From the NCBI GenBank assembly GCA_001643675.2, contig LSRY02000020.1, forward strand, positions 1,178,001 through 1,242,000: a stretch of DNA of 64,000 bases, given 5' to 3'. A program made the translations under genes and the position numbers. This stretch comes from Monocercomonoides exilis PA203 (Eukaryota > Protista > Preaxostyla). How positions within the stretch are numbered: position 1 is the stretch's first letter; the number at the start of each line of letters is the position of its first letter. The notes beneath the pieces are model-generated. The model was not told the DNA's origin. It made no database searches and was given only the letters and a program-made list of their open reading frames with translations. Shown in pieces: positions 26,301 to 36,740 of this stretch.

Positions 26301-26586
26301 GGCCCTTGAGATCCCATTTGGAGACTATGAGGCTGAAGTGGCAGGGCAGAAGATTGTGAATGGGGAGAGGCCAGACATGTCAGAAATCGAAGGTGCGGCA
26401 TTCTGTGGCCTGGTGAGATCAGCAGTGGCGCAGAACAAAGACGATCGCCCGTCGCTGTTTGTGATGAAGCGTGAGTTTTTCCAACACTTTCCGGCTGGTG
26501 TGATGATGGTTACTGTGTCAGATGCAATCGATTACACAGAAGACTCAAAAGTTGTGACTGTCTCGTTAATCTCGGATATGCAGTGA
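14368..26586 (+). CDS. Giant receptor-like protein: signal peptide, 8 CG-x-[PQ]C/beta-helix modules, one TM helix and a C-terminal TKL/Tyr-kinase-like pseudokinase; one in-frame TGA at 20089-20091
   Basis: ORFs 14368..20091 and 20092..26586 share a frame and the same repeat style. TM SYWLLIVIIMAIVLLIVLIVSIIITVRWRK at ~25261-25350. Kinase subdomains VIII-XI: RWKAPEL...VFSIGMMLWE...IPF...GERP...RPSL. Confidence 0.85.
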
Positions 26587-27155
26587 AGCTGAATTGTTCT
26601 TTGAGCAGCAATTGTTCAACGTCCTGGCTTCTTTAAGACAATTGACACAACTTCGTTGTATTGTTAACATTTGTGAAAACACTGGGAAATATGCTTTAAA
26701 GGATTTCAAGTCAATGGTAATTTTGAATGATGTGCAATCAGATGAGAGAGCGAAAAGCGAAATCAGAGTGGTTGAATATTCAATTCAGATGTGTTTTTCA
26801 GTTTTCATCCGCTTCTGCATGAAGGGCGAGAACATGAAACAATACAATTATTTCATTTTCGTTTTCATTTTTGTATTTCAGTGATGTTTGAAAGATTTGA
26901 GTCATTATTTTCTTTTTCCGTGTGTTTATTCTGAATGATCAACATTTTCAATTTTCAGCGCAATGAAAAACACCTTGAATTTTTTATCATTCTTTCATTT
27001 TTCGTTTTGTGAAAATCTATGTTTATGTTTTGTTATATTGTTGCTCTCTTTTCAATTATTCTGTTCATATTTCCAAATCACCCATTTTTCTCTCATTTTA
27101 TTTTCAAATAACAACTCTTTTTTTATGATTATTTGTTCATCACATTTTGTATATA

Positions 27156-27561
27156 TAGTTAGTGTTAATAATGGTGGACACTTTCAATAACTGTGGACAG
27201 CTGTATTATCTCAACAACCGTTGATAATTGCTTTTTGACAATAGACCAAATTATTCCCTCAATGAATGTGAACTTATAAGACATACAGAAATGAAACAAC
27301 TTGCTCTGCAGAATTTTGAAAAAAACATTTTTAATTTTCGGAGAAACTATGATATTTTAATTTCTAAGGGTTTCTCCGAAAATAGAAAATGCTATTTTCT
27401 TGATTCTGAAGAGCAAGTTGTAACATTTCTGAATATCTTATAAGTTCATATTCATTGAAGGAATAATTGTGCTAATTATCAAAATGCAACTATCAATGGT
27501 TGTTGAGAAAATTCGACTGTCCACAGTTATTGAAAGTGTCCACCATTATTAACACTAACTA
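27156..27561. mobile_element. Tc1/mariner-type MITE
   Basis: TIR TAGTTAGTGTTAATAATGGTGGACACTTTCAATAACTGTGGACAG matches its reverse complement ending at 27561 and extends imperfectly inward. Flanked by TA on both sides. No coding capacity. Confidence 0.85.
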
Positions 27562-27686
27562 TATTCATAATTATTTTTTATGTATATGGGCGATTATTTT
27601 TGAAATCATATCTTTTTTCGGGGGTTTTTATTTTTCAAAGATTGTTCGTTTTTTGAAAGAAAATTATAATTCAAAAGAGAAAAAGC

Positions 27687-30490
27687 GGCGAGATATAACC
27701 TCGTTGACAGACAAGTTGAGCAAAAGTACAGATAGCAAATGAAAAGTACTCTTTTTCTAATTATTATAAAATTATTATTATTTGGCGAAACTTCGTCTAT
27801 CATGTTCTATCTAAATAATTCGAAAAATACAAAAATAATGGGTGAGATCATTGACTGAAATTGTTCTTTCGCGAATCTTCTCATATGGCTTTAAAACATT
27901 AATGGATTCTGTTGTTTGTATATATAATTTTAATTATTATTTATTTTCTTAAAGAAAAATTTCATTATTTAAATTATAAGTAACAAAAACACAAATTCTT
28001 TTTTAATGTCTTTGCTTGGGAACTCCGCTGACGAGAAAAGAATGTATCACCTTAAAAGTGCTCGAATAATCATTACATAGATGGTTCGTGGTATAAATAA
28101 TATTGATGTTTGTAATTTCAATTTTTTATTGAAAAAAATAATATTTTGTGAAAGTTTTTCAATATATATGTTGCATAGATCAGAAAACCGAATAAGTAAG
28201 TTTATAGCAACATATAATGGACAAAAATTTGTTTTATGCATTGAGTTGAATAATTAGGCGAACGCGATTAAAGGAATGAATGAAATTGAACAAGTTTTTT
28301 ACTAAAAGAAAGTTGATAATAAATAAAAAAGCTGGATTATTTAAAGAATTTCATAGTGTTTGTGTGGAAGAGTTTATTGCATCTATGCAGAACACAAGAT
28401 TGAGGAGATGATTTTGAAGAAGAAGAGAGTGGGAATAAATGGGAAAATGATAATTTATTGTATTTTTTTATATTTTACTTTGTTTTTATTTTTGGATATA
28501 AAAATCTTGACAAGATGAAAATGAATTATTTTTCTTTTATATGTTTTTTCACAAACAAAAGAAAATCTATGATATTCAAAAGGAAGTTCTTGATGTTTGG
28601 CTTTTATTGAATTGATTGTGTTAATTTGATTTATGTTTCTCATTTTATGAATGAAAAAAAGTAATTTCATTTTCACAATAAAATATGTGTTTGTTTTATT
28701 TCTCAATAGCTTTTGTTAAAAAAAAAACAAGAAAAATGAAAATTCTTATGAGATTTCTTTTATCCTTTGTATTTAACGACAAGGTTTCAAGAATAATAAT
28801 GAATGTGAACTCATTTTTCTTATCTTTTGAAAAATAAAATATTCACATTTTCAACAATAATTTTGAAAGTATGTGAAACAATAAAACACATCAAAAAACT
28901 TAGAATTTGCTGTGAACAAAAGATATCAGAAAATTTTCATCGAAAGCTTCAACTGCCCCACATCTCAACAAGTTAACAGCTTTCAAATCTCAACTTTTCA
29001 TCATTTAACTCAAGGAATAAATGCGACCACAACCTATTTCTCAACAATTCTTCTATTCCTCTCTGAATATCTGAACAAGGTTTCAAAAAAAAAAATATCA
29101 CAAAATTTTTTATCTTCGATTGATCGAAGTACAGATAATCACAACGCACGTCCAGTCATCTCATAAAAAGCTCCTTCGCTTCTATTTCTTTTCCTCTTTC
29201 CTTTTCTCCATTCTCTTTCTCTTTTAATCCACGTCTCTTGCATGCACTTCCAGTTCTTTTCTTGCCTTTCGAATATAATGAATATGATTGACAACAACGT
29301 GTTTTCAATTTTTATATATGAATAATATCTAATTGAAAACTCTCAAGATGATAATTGCTCAAGTTGCGTCAGGTCGTTAAGCTCCCCATGATATAAGATA
29401 ATATCTTTGATTTCGTTCTGGAAAAGTTCACTTTTTTCTTCAATCAAAAAAATAAAATATATAAAATACGTTAGAAAAAGAAAAGCAAAAGAAAAGAAAA
29501 AGAAATTAATTAATTAATACTATTTCACGAATTTTAAAGATGCAACCAAACGCCAATAAAGCTATTTTTTCATTTTTTAGTGTTTCTTCGTTTTCCTCTT
29601 TTTTCATCCCAACCTTTAGAAGACAGGGTTCACAAAATGAAAACAATTTCGTAGAATCCAAATGGTTCAATAAAAAATAGAATTCGAAAAAGATAATTTA
29701 TAGCGTTTCAATTTTTCTATCTTAATTTTTCTTTTTTTATTCCTTTTTTCTCTATTTTTCGACAATATTCATTCAAATTGTTTTTGAAATCGAGAATTCG
29801 AAGATTCTTCTATCCATATCCTATTCACAAAATTGAAATGTCAAATGCGCCTCAGAACAAAAATAGCACGCAGCAAAGAAGATTTCAAAATTATTATCTT
29901 TTTAAAGAATGTTCAATATTATTTTCACGTGTTAGTGCAACTAAACAGTATTAATTACAAAATATCAAATGTTCCATCAATTTTTTCAGTCATTTCGTTT
30001 CTGTGATGTTTGGATCCAAGACCGAATACAAAATATTATTTTTTTCAATAAAAAATTGAAATTACAAACATCAATATTATTTATACCACGAACCATCTAT
30101 GTAATGATTATTCGAGCACTTTTAAGGTGATACATTCTTTTCTCGTCAGCGGAGTTCCCAAGCAAAGACATTAAAAAAGAATTTGTGTTTTTGTTACTTA
30201 TAATTTAAATAATGAAATTTTTCTTTAAGAAAATAAATAATAATTAAAATTATATATACAAACAACAGAATCCATTAATGTTTTAAAGCCATATGAGAAG
30301 ATTCGCGAAAGAACAATTTCAGTCAATGATCTCACCCATTATTTTTGTATTTTTCGAATTATTTAGATAGAACATGATAGACGAAGTTTCGCCAAATAAT
30401 AATAATTTTATAATAATTAGAAAAAGAGTACTTTTCATTTGCTATCTGTACTTTTGCTCAACTTGTCTGTCAACGAGGTTATATCTCGCC
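27687..30490. mobile_element. Non-autonomous DNA transposon with 463-bp TIRs and 8-bp TSD GAAAAAGC (Merlin/IS1595-like or MULE-like)
   Basis: 27687-28149 is the reverse complement of 30028-30490, with no mismatch seen by eye. GAAAAAGC occurs at 27679-27686 and 30491-30498. Termini are GGCGAG..CTCGCC. Confidence 0.9.
28900..29960 (-). pseudogene. Degraded fragment of a helical, charged host gene family inside the long-TIR element
   Basis: Broken frames read ELFQNEIKDIILYHGELNDLTQL, HVVVNHIHYIRKARKELEVHARDVD*KRKE and PCLLKVGMKKEENEET. They resemble, from memory, an expanded hypothetical family of Monocercomonoides. Many stops and frameshifts. Confidence 0.45.
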
Positions 30491-31740
30491 GAAAAAGCAT
30501 GATGATTGTTTTTAAAAACAAATGGTTTTTCTGAATCAAAGATTAAAATGGATTCAATAAGCCTTTTAACTTTTCAATTTTTTTCAATTGATATTCAAGA
30601 AATGTTTTAACACCTAAATTTTTGAATGAAAAAATATGATTTCAAAAATTATCACCCATATGGGGAATAATTTTTGAAAAGTCGCAAATGAAAATTTTCA
30701 AGTAAATCATATTTTTTTTTATTTCACTCAAATTATTGTTAACATTAAACCTGTGTGACGTAATGACTACTGACGTGAAATTTTTCAATTCTGACGGACT
30801 TGGAAAAAATTCCACGTCAGTAATATTTTCTAATTAAAAATTTTCGTTTTGCTCAAGAAAAATCAAATATTTTATTTTATTTTGTCCATTATTATTATTT
30901 TTGCACAAGAAAATCACAAAAAATATTTAATCTCATTTATAAAAAAATAAAAATGTTTCAATGGGATGCTGACGAAAAGGCAAAAAAGGTATTTCAGATC
31001 ATCAGTGACCGTCATGCCTGTCAGGACAAGTCAGGTCAAACTTTCCATGAGTTTGAGAGAAAAATGATAGCATCTCGGTTTATTGAGGGAAAAAATGTCA
31101 AGCTAAGCCTTGAAATAGTCTGATATTAAAAGAATATATTTGAATTTTTGATTTGTTTCCTTCATAAATTACATCTCATCACTCGAAAGCAGATTCTGTT
31201 TGGTCACCTGCTGAAAACAATCAATTTTCTTCATTTGGATCTTCGAAGAGAGAACCAAAAATATCTTCATTAGCCGGAGTTTCAAGGAGATTCTTTGAAA
31301 ACGAAAAATGAATATCAGTTGAATTGTGAAATCAACATTCTTTCAACAATTAGATCATCAACAGAAAAATATACTGATGAAAACGAAATCAACAAAGAGT
31401 CAAATAAAAATGAATTATTTTCTGTATTTTTGTTTATTACGGAAATTAAAATATGATATTATTCATCCATAATTTTAACTCAGTAAATGAAAAAAATTTG
31501 GATACGTTTGATGAAGCAGATGAATATTAATTCAATCAAGCCAAAGGAAATAATGAAGGAGATGATAACAACCAAAAAGAAATGAATCATCATCGAATGA
31601 ATTGTCATTATCAACTTTATTTTCATCAAAATCGGTTTCTTTGTCATCAATTTCCACATTATAATCTTCATTATCATCATCTACACATTTATTATAAGAA
31701 AGTGTTAATATCAGAAAAGAAAGAAAAATAAATACTATCT

Positions 31741-31905
31741 CAACCCTTCGAAGAAAATGATTTGACTGAAGACAATCGTTTTGAAGATCTCGAAATTTAT
31801 TCTGAAGCAAACAGTGAAAGAATTATCTCTGGGATGCGTAGCAAACTGGAAGATAAAAGGCATTCAAAAGGCAAAAAGCATTAGATGCATTGCTTATGTT
31901 GTGGT
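31741..31905 (+). pseudogene. Remnant of hAT transposase C-terminal dimerisation domain
   Basis: SEANSERIISGMRSKLEDKRHS followed, after a frameshift, by KALDALLML. This fits the hATC pattern S-x-x-x-ER-x-FS...KR-x-x-L...LEAL-x-x-L. Confidence 0.6.
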
Positions 31906-32193
31906 TCATGTTTCTCATTTGCACGCAACATTATTTTGAGGTTTTTTTTTTATTTTTAGCATTTCATATCAAAATAAAAACTGGTGAAAAATTATAAGAT
32001 CTTCTGTATTTGGAAATTTTTTATAAACATTGAGATGAACGAAAAAATATCTCGAAAACTGTGGAATAAACAGTTTATTATTGTTCGTTGCTTTTATTGC
32101 ATTCACACTTAACATTTTTGGATACGTTTCTTTTCTTCCATTTAATTCTACTGTTTTGCTCGTTCATCTCATTCTCGTTGAACTTCTTTCTTT

Positions 32194-32945
32194 TCACTGA
32201 AAACGTATTAGCAGGGGCAGATGAGGCGAATGAGATGCACCCGCCATCGGTGGCAGTTTGTTGGCTCAACTGTTCTGAGTTGATACTGGTGATTGTTCAG
32301 TTGGCGAGGGAGAGGGAGAGGGCAGGGGAGGTGGCAGAGGAGAGAACACAGCTGGTGGGAGTGGCTGTGGAGGTGATGTGGGTGATGTTGGAGGAGTTGA
32401 GAGTGAGTGGATTTGTGAGGGAGGTGAGGTGGAAGATGCTTTGGCTGTTGAGGGAGAGACTGGTGATTGCTGTGTGGTTGAGGGCGAGGGAGCCAGCAGT
32501 GAGGAAGAAGAGAGGTGTTTTTATTGTTATGGAGGTTGTTCCGGTGATGGTGGTTGTGTTGAGGTTGAGGGAAGGGGAGTTATCGGAGAGGTGGAAGAGG
32601 ATGGGGGTGATGGGATTTGTGGAGTTGTGGATGATGGTGAGGGCAGAGACTGTGAGGGAGCCCTGGGTCTGTTGGAAGAGGGCAGACGAGGCAGATGGAT
32701 CTGGTGAAGAAGATGTTGATAAATGAAATGAACAAGAATTGATTAAGAAATTTTCATTTGTTCGGTTTACATTAAGCGCTCCTCTATTACTTGATCCATC
32801 ATTTGAATCTTTCCATTCACACCATTCAAAGCGAAGAATGTTTAAATAAAACGAAGTAGGTGTTTCAGGCGTTTCTCGCTGAAATTCAGTTCCAATTTGT
32901 TTCACATATCCATTTGATGAAGAGCGTGTTTTGTGGAAGTGCTTT
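32194..32945 (-). pseudogene. Captured, internally deleted fragment of the giant surface-protein family
   Basis: RFEWCEWKDSNDGSSNRGALNV is homologous to gene 3-5261 near 4100-4270. It is fused directly to a ~520-bp block colinear with 2603-3120 (roughly 90% identical by eye). In-frame TGA at 32297-32299. Confidence 0.85.
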
Positions 32946-33469
32946 CCGTGTGAAAAATGATGTAGAAGCCACTGAGATGAAGAATGATATAATAAAGGTG
33001 GAGGAGAAGATGAAAAGGAGAATTTTATGGCAAAACAAAAATTGCAAACTCGAATCTTTTAGACATATATCTCAAATTATCTAATAATGATAGGAATACA
33101 GTGTCTGCCAAAAATCATCAATCTGATACAATAATATTCGTGTCATGTACATCAGAAATATCATATAAAGCCTAATATTTTTGAAAAAATTATCAAAAAG
33201 AAAAAACAAACCACACACATAAATACATTCTGTAAAGCTAAATAGAACTTATGTGCATAAACATAAATAAGCAGGTGTGCACAAAATGAAGATCGTCAGG
33301 CAATATATTCCTGATGTTTCTTTTTTCAGCATTATTCATTCATATTAAATATATGTAATAAAATTAAGGGTTTGTTTCGAAAATTTTATTTTATTAACAG
33401 TTTTGTTAATATTCATTTAAATTTGAAAAAGAACTATTTAGAATGTCAAATTCAAAAGATAATGTTGAA

Positions 33470-33509
<40 letters not shown>

Positions 33510-33855
33510 GCCACTGACGCGAAAAATCTTTTCTGACGGACGTGAAGACAAAATCTCCATCACGTCACACAGGTTTAGTTAACATTCACTAAACTTCACT
33601 AATTTGGAATCTATTTTTTTTGATAATGCTATTTTATGAATTGGAAAGAAGATTTATGAGCGGAAACAGAAATTTGAGTTTAATATGAAATTTTTGATTT
33701 ATTTGAAAATTAATCATTTGCGACTTTTCAAAAAGAATTACCCATATATATTATTTGAAAGATCATTCTTCTTTTTGAAGCTAGAACTAGAATCTTCATT
33801 TTTCAAAATATCAATGATGAAAAATACAAACTTGAACAATCAAAATGAATTAATG

Positions 33856-33915
<60 letters not shown>

Positions 33916-34083
33916 AATTTGCCGAAGTTGGTGGTATCCACTAGCCTGGCTTTTCCATCTGTCAGTATTCGAACCATTCTCTCAAGTTAGTTTTCTCAAA
34001 AGCGGAAATCCATTGACTCTATTTCTGCAACCATTTTTCTTTTCCCTTCTCCAGCTTTTTAAAAAATCATTATAAAAACAAAT

Positions 34084-34594
34084 GGGGAAAAATATGGGTA
34101 ATTCTTTTTGAAAAGTCGCAGATGTTTTATTTTCATTTAAATCAAAAATTTCATATTTTTCTCAAAATTTTTTTAACATTCACGAAACTTCACTTGAATG
34201 GATGAAATAGCATTATCCAATAATAGATCCATATTAGGAAAGTTTGGAGCATGTTTACAAAATTTTGTGCAAAATATGAAATTTTTGATTTATTTGTATA
34301 TTAGACATTTGTGACTTTTCAAAAAGAATTACCCATATGGTCTTTCAAGCTTTTTATGCACAAAGCAAGAAAAAATTGCTTCACTCATAACTTTATTTCG
34401 CTTTCTCAGATTTCAAAATAAATTTGATTTTCATATCCGTAAAAAGGCATCGTTGAAAGCAAAACATTAAGTTTTCCAACATTTCACAAATGTTGAAAAA
34501 TGCATCCATTTTTTATGTGTTTCTAAATCTTAAAAACTCAATGAAAAGTGTATAGTTTTTCAATGAAAACGCTTGAAGAAAAACATTTTCCCCC
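34084..34594. mobile_element. Older GGG..CCC MITE D, with MITE C inserted in its left end
   Basis: Removing MITE C gives GGGGAAAAATATGGTCTTTCAAGC, which resembles the reverse complement of GCTTGAAGAAAAACATTTTCCCCC ending at 34594. Confidence 0.5.
34096..34334. mobile_element. MITE C, intact 239-bp foldback copy of the MITE B family
   Basis: Ends GGGTAATTCTTTTTGAAAAGTCGCAGATG and CATTTGTGACTTTTCAAAAAGAATTACCC, with ATAT on both sides. Confidence 0.88.
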
Positions 34595-34603
34595 ATATTA
34601 TTA

Positions 34604-35003
34604 CATTTCGCCAATCCTTATTAAAATTAAACTTTCGTTCGAATTTTGATCATAAATTTTTGACTCCAATTTAGATTTTCCAAAAAATGAACTGCATCGG
34701 AAAATTCATGCATCTTTTGATGATATGAATCAAAATTTTTTGCATTATGAATTTTGTTCCATTCTTCTCTTACAAATATTTTTCTCAATTTTTGTATTTT
34801 TCTGCAATTAATTGCATTGTTTCGGTTGACTTATAATGAAATGATTGCAGAAAAAGTTTGGAACAATTCTCAGTTTTTTTCAAAATTGCTAAAAATTTGC
34901 ACCATATATTAATGGAAATATATTATTTTCGAAAAAACCATTGAGATATAAATTTTGATCAAAACTCGAATGAAAGTATGATTTCAAAAAGGTTCAGCCA
35001 GAT
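34604..35003. repeat. Degenerate foldback (imperfect ~80-bp inverted arms), probable old MITE
   Basis: ACTTTCGTTCGAATTTTGATCATAAATTT pairs imperfectly with AAATTTTGATCAAAACTCGAATGAAAGT. No clear TSD. Confidence 0.5.
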
Positions 35004-35196
35004 GATCTCATTCACGAAAAAAATCATTTTTCAAAATTGTATTCATTGTTTTCAAGAAAAGCGATTAAATATTGTTGATAAATATTATAACCAATTATTT
35101 GAATGGTTTATCAAAAAGCGCTTAAAAAGAGAAAGACTTTAAAAGCAAACTAAAGCACCAACATCCAAAAAATTCACAAAAAATATATTAATTAAT

Positions 35197-36492
35197 TTAG
35201 TGTTTCCATGCTTCATAACCGAACACAGCATCTTTTCCGAGCTCTTCCTCAATACGAATAAGCTGGTTATATTTAGCAGTTCTTTCTCCTCTGCATGGAG
35301 CACCTGTCTTGATTTGTCCGCAGCCGAGACCAACAACAAGATCAGCGATGAAAGTGTCTTCAGTTTCTCCAGAACGATGAGAAACCATAACAGACCATCC
35401 TGCATCAAGAGCCATCTTGGCAGCATCAATTGCTTCGGTCACTGATCCAATTTGGTTAACTTTGAGAAGCAATGAAGAGCAAGCTTTTCTTTCCAAAGCC
35501 ATCTTAATTCTGTCAGTGTTTGTCACGAGCAGATCATCTCCAACAACTTGAACGTGTTTCTCTTTCAATTCTTCAGTCAATTTTCCATAGCTCTCAAAAT
35601 CGTCTTGGTCAAATGGATCTTCAAATGAGGCAATTGGATATTTTGTGGCCATTTGAACGTATGTTGCCTTCAATTCGTCACCAGAGATCTTCTTGGGTGT
35701 TGAATCCTTGAATCCAAGATTATATGTCTTATCTTTTTCATCATAGAATTCAGAAGCTGCTGAATCCATGCAGATACGAACACGTCCTGTGTATCCAGCT
35801 TTCTCGATAGCTTCAACAAGAAGTTCAAGTGGTTCCATAACATCGATAACTGGTGGTGCAAACCCTCCTTCATCTCCAACGTTGGTGGCGTCGATTCCAA
35901 AGCGAGCCTTGATAATGCCCTTCAAGCATCCGTAGATTTCAGCTCCCATGCGGATGGATTCGGCGAATGATGTTGCAACACATGGAGCAATCATGTATTC
36001 CTGCATTGGAAGCTTGTTTCCAGCGTGCTTTCCTCCGTTGATGACATTCAAGCATGGAACTGGAAGGCGGAATGTGGAATTTCCAGCCAATTCTCCGATG
36101 TATCTGTACAATGGGAGACCTTTTTCAGCTGCTGCGGCTCTGCATGCTGCCATTGAAACTGGAAGAATGGCATTGGCTCCAAGAGTGTTCTTCTTCTTGT
36201 CACCATCAAGATCGCACATGATCTTATCAAGAGCACGTTGATCCATAACAGATTTTCCAATCAAAGCTGGTGCGATAACAGTGTTGACATTTGCAACAGC
36301 TTTTGACACGCCCTTTCCAAGGAAGCGGGAACCTCCATCACGGAGCTCCAATGCTTCGTAGATACCAGTTGAAGCGCCTGATGGAACAGCTGCGCGGAAC
36401 ATTCCTTTGTCTGTGAACAAATCAACTTCCACAGTTGGAAGGGCACGAGAGTCCAAGATCTCACGAGCGACGATTTTTCGGATAATTGACAT
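35197..36492 (-). CDS. ENO: Enolase (intronless)
   Basis: [89 protein letters not shown]. Confidence 0.98.
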   Translation of the reverse strand: MSIIRKIVAREILDSRALPTVEVDLFTDKGMFRAAVPSGASTGIYEALELRDGGSRFLGKGVSKAVANVNTVIAPALIGKSVMDQRALDKIMCDLDGDKKKNTLGANAILPVSMAACRAAAAEKGLPLYRYIGELAGNSTFRLPVPCLNVINGGKHAGNKLPMQEYMIAPCVATSFAESIRMGAEIYGCLKGIIKARFGIDATNVGDEGGFAPPVIDVMEPLELLVEAIEKAGYTGRVRICMDSAASEFYDEKDKTYNLGFKDSTPKKISGDELKATYVQMATKYPIASFEDPFDQDDFESYGKLTEELKEKHVQVVGDDLLVTNTDRIKMALERKACSSLLLKVNQIGSVTEAIDAAKMALDAGWSVMVSHRSGETEDTFIADLVVGLGCGQIKTGAPCRGERTAKYNQLIRIEEELGKDAVFGYEAWKH

Positions 36493-36740
36493 AGCTAATT
36501 CTATTTCAAACAAATCAAAATAAAAAATTTATATTAACGAAAAGACAGTTAGAAATCTATTTTATCTTCAAATGGAAATGGAGCAAACATTGATGATTTG
36601 TGATCAAGCGAAAAATGGAATATTTGCATAAAAAATTTATAAAAGGAATCAAATCAAAAAAATTCTATAATGGTTAAATAATTTGAAAAAAGTTATCTTT
36701 CCTAGGACCAATCAAGAGATATTGTCAACGCATACGGCGT

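Larger units (their letters stand above)
27588..30657. mobile_element. MITE A (GGG..CCC termini, ATAT flanks), ~258 bp once the nested 27687-30490 element is removed
   Basis: GGGCGATTATTTTTGAAATCATAT at 27588 is the near-perfect reverse complement of ATATGATTTCAAAAATTATCACCC ending at 30657. Confidence 0.75.
30746..33577 (+). mobile_element. hAT-superfamily deletion derivative carrying captured host sequence
   Basis: 16-bp TIR TAAACCTGTGTGACGT / ACGTCACACAGGTTTA. 8-bp TSD GTTAACAT at 30738-30745 and 33578-33585. Subterminal TGACG repeats and a hAT dimerisation-motif remnant. Confidence 0.9.
30662..33743. mobile_element. MITE B (GGG..CCC termini, ATAT flanks), ~242 bp once the nested hAT element is removed
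   Basis: Left end GGGGAATAATTTTTGAAAAGTCGCAAATG; right end CATTTGCGACTTTTCAAAAAGAATTACCC. An uninterrupted relative lies at 34096-34334. Confidence 0.82.

Noticed and set aside
27686-30491. Polinton/Maverick interpretation (long TIR with 6-bp AAAAAG TSD)
   Set aside because: Termini are not AG..CT, there are no viral or integrase genes, and the 8-bp TSD reading fits better
33960-33985. GGTTCGAATAC on the minus strand resembling a Pol III B box (tRNA/SINE)
   Set aside because: No A box at a suitable spacing and no cloverleaf visible
33597-34240. Apparent inversion of the central ~45 bp between MITE B and MITE C, suggesting an invertible switch
   Set aside because: The MITE has ~100-bp imperfect inverted arms, so opposite orientation of the two copies explains it
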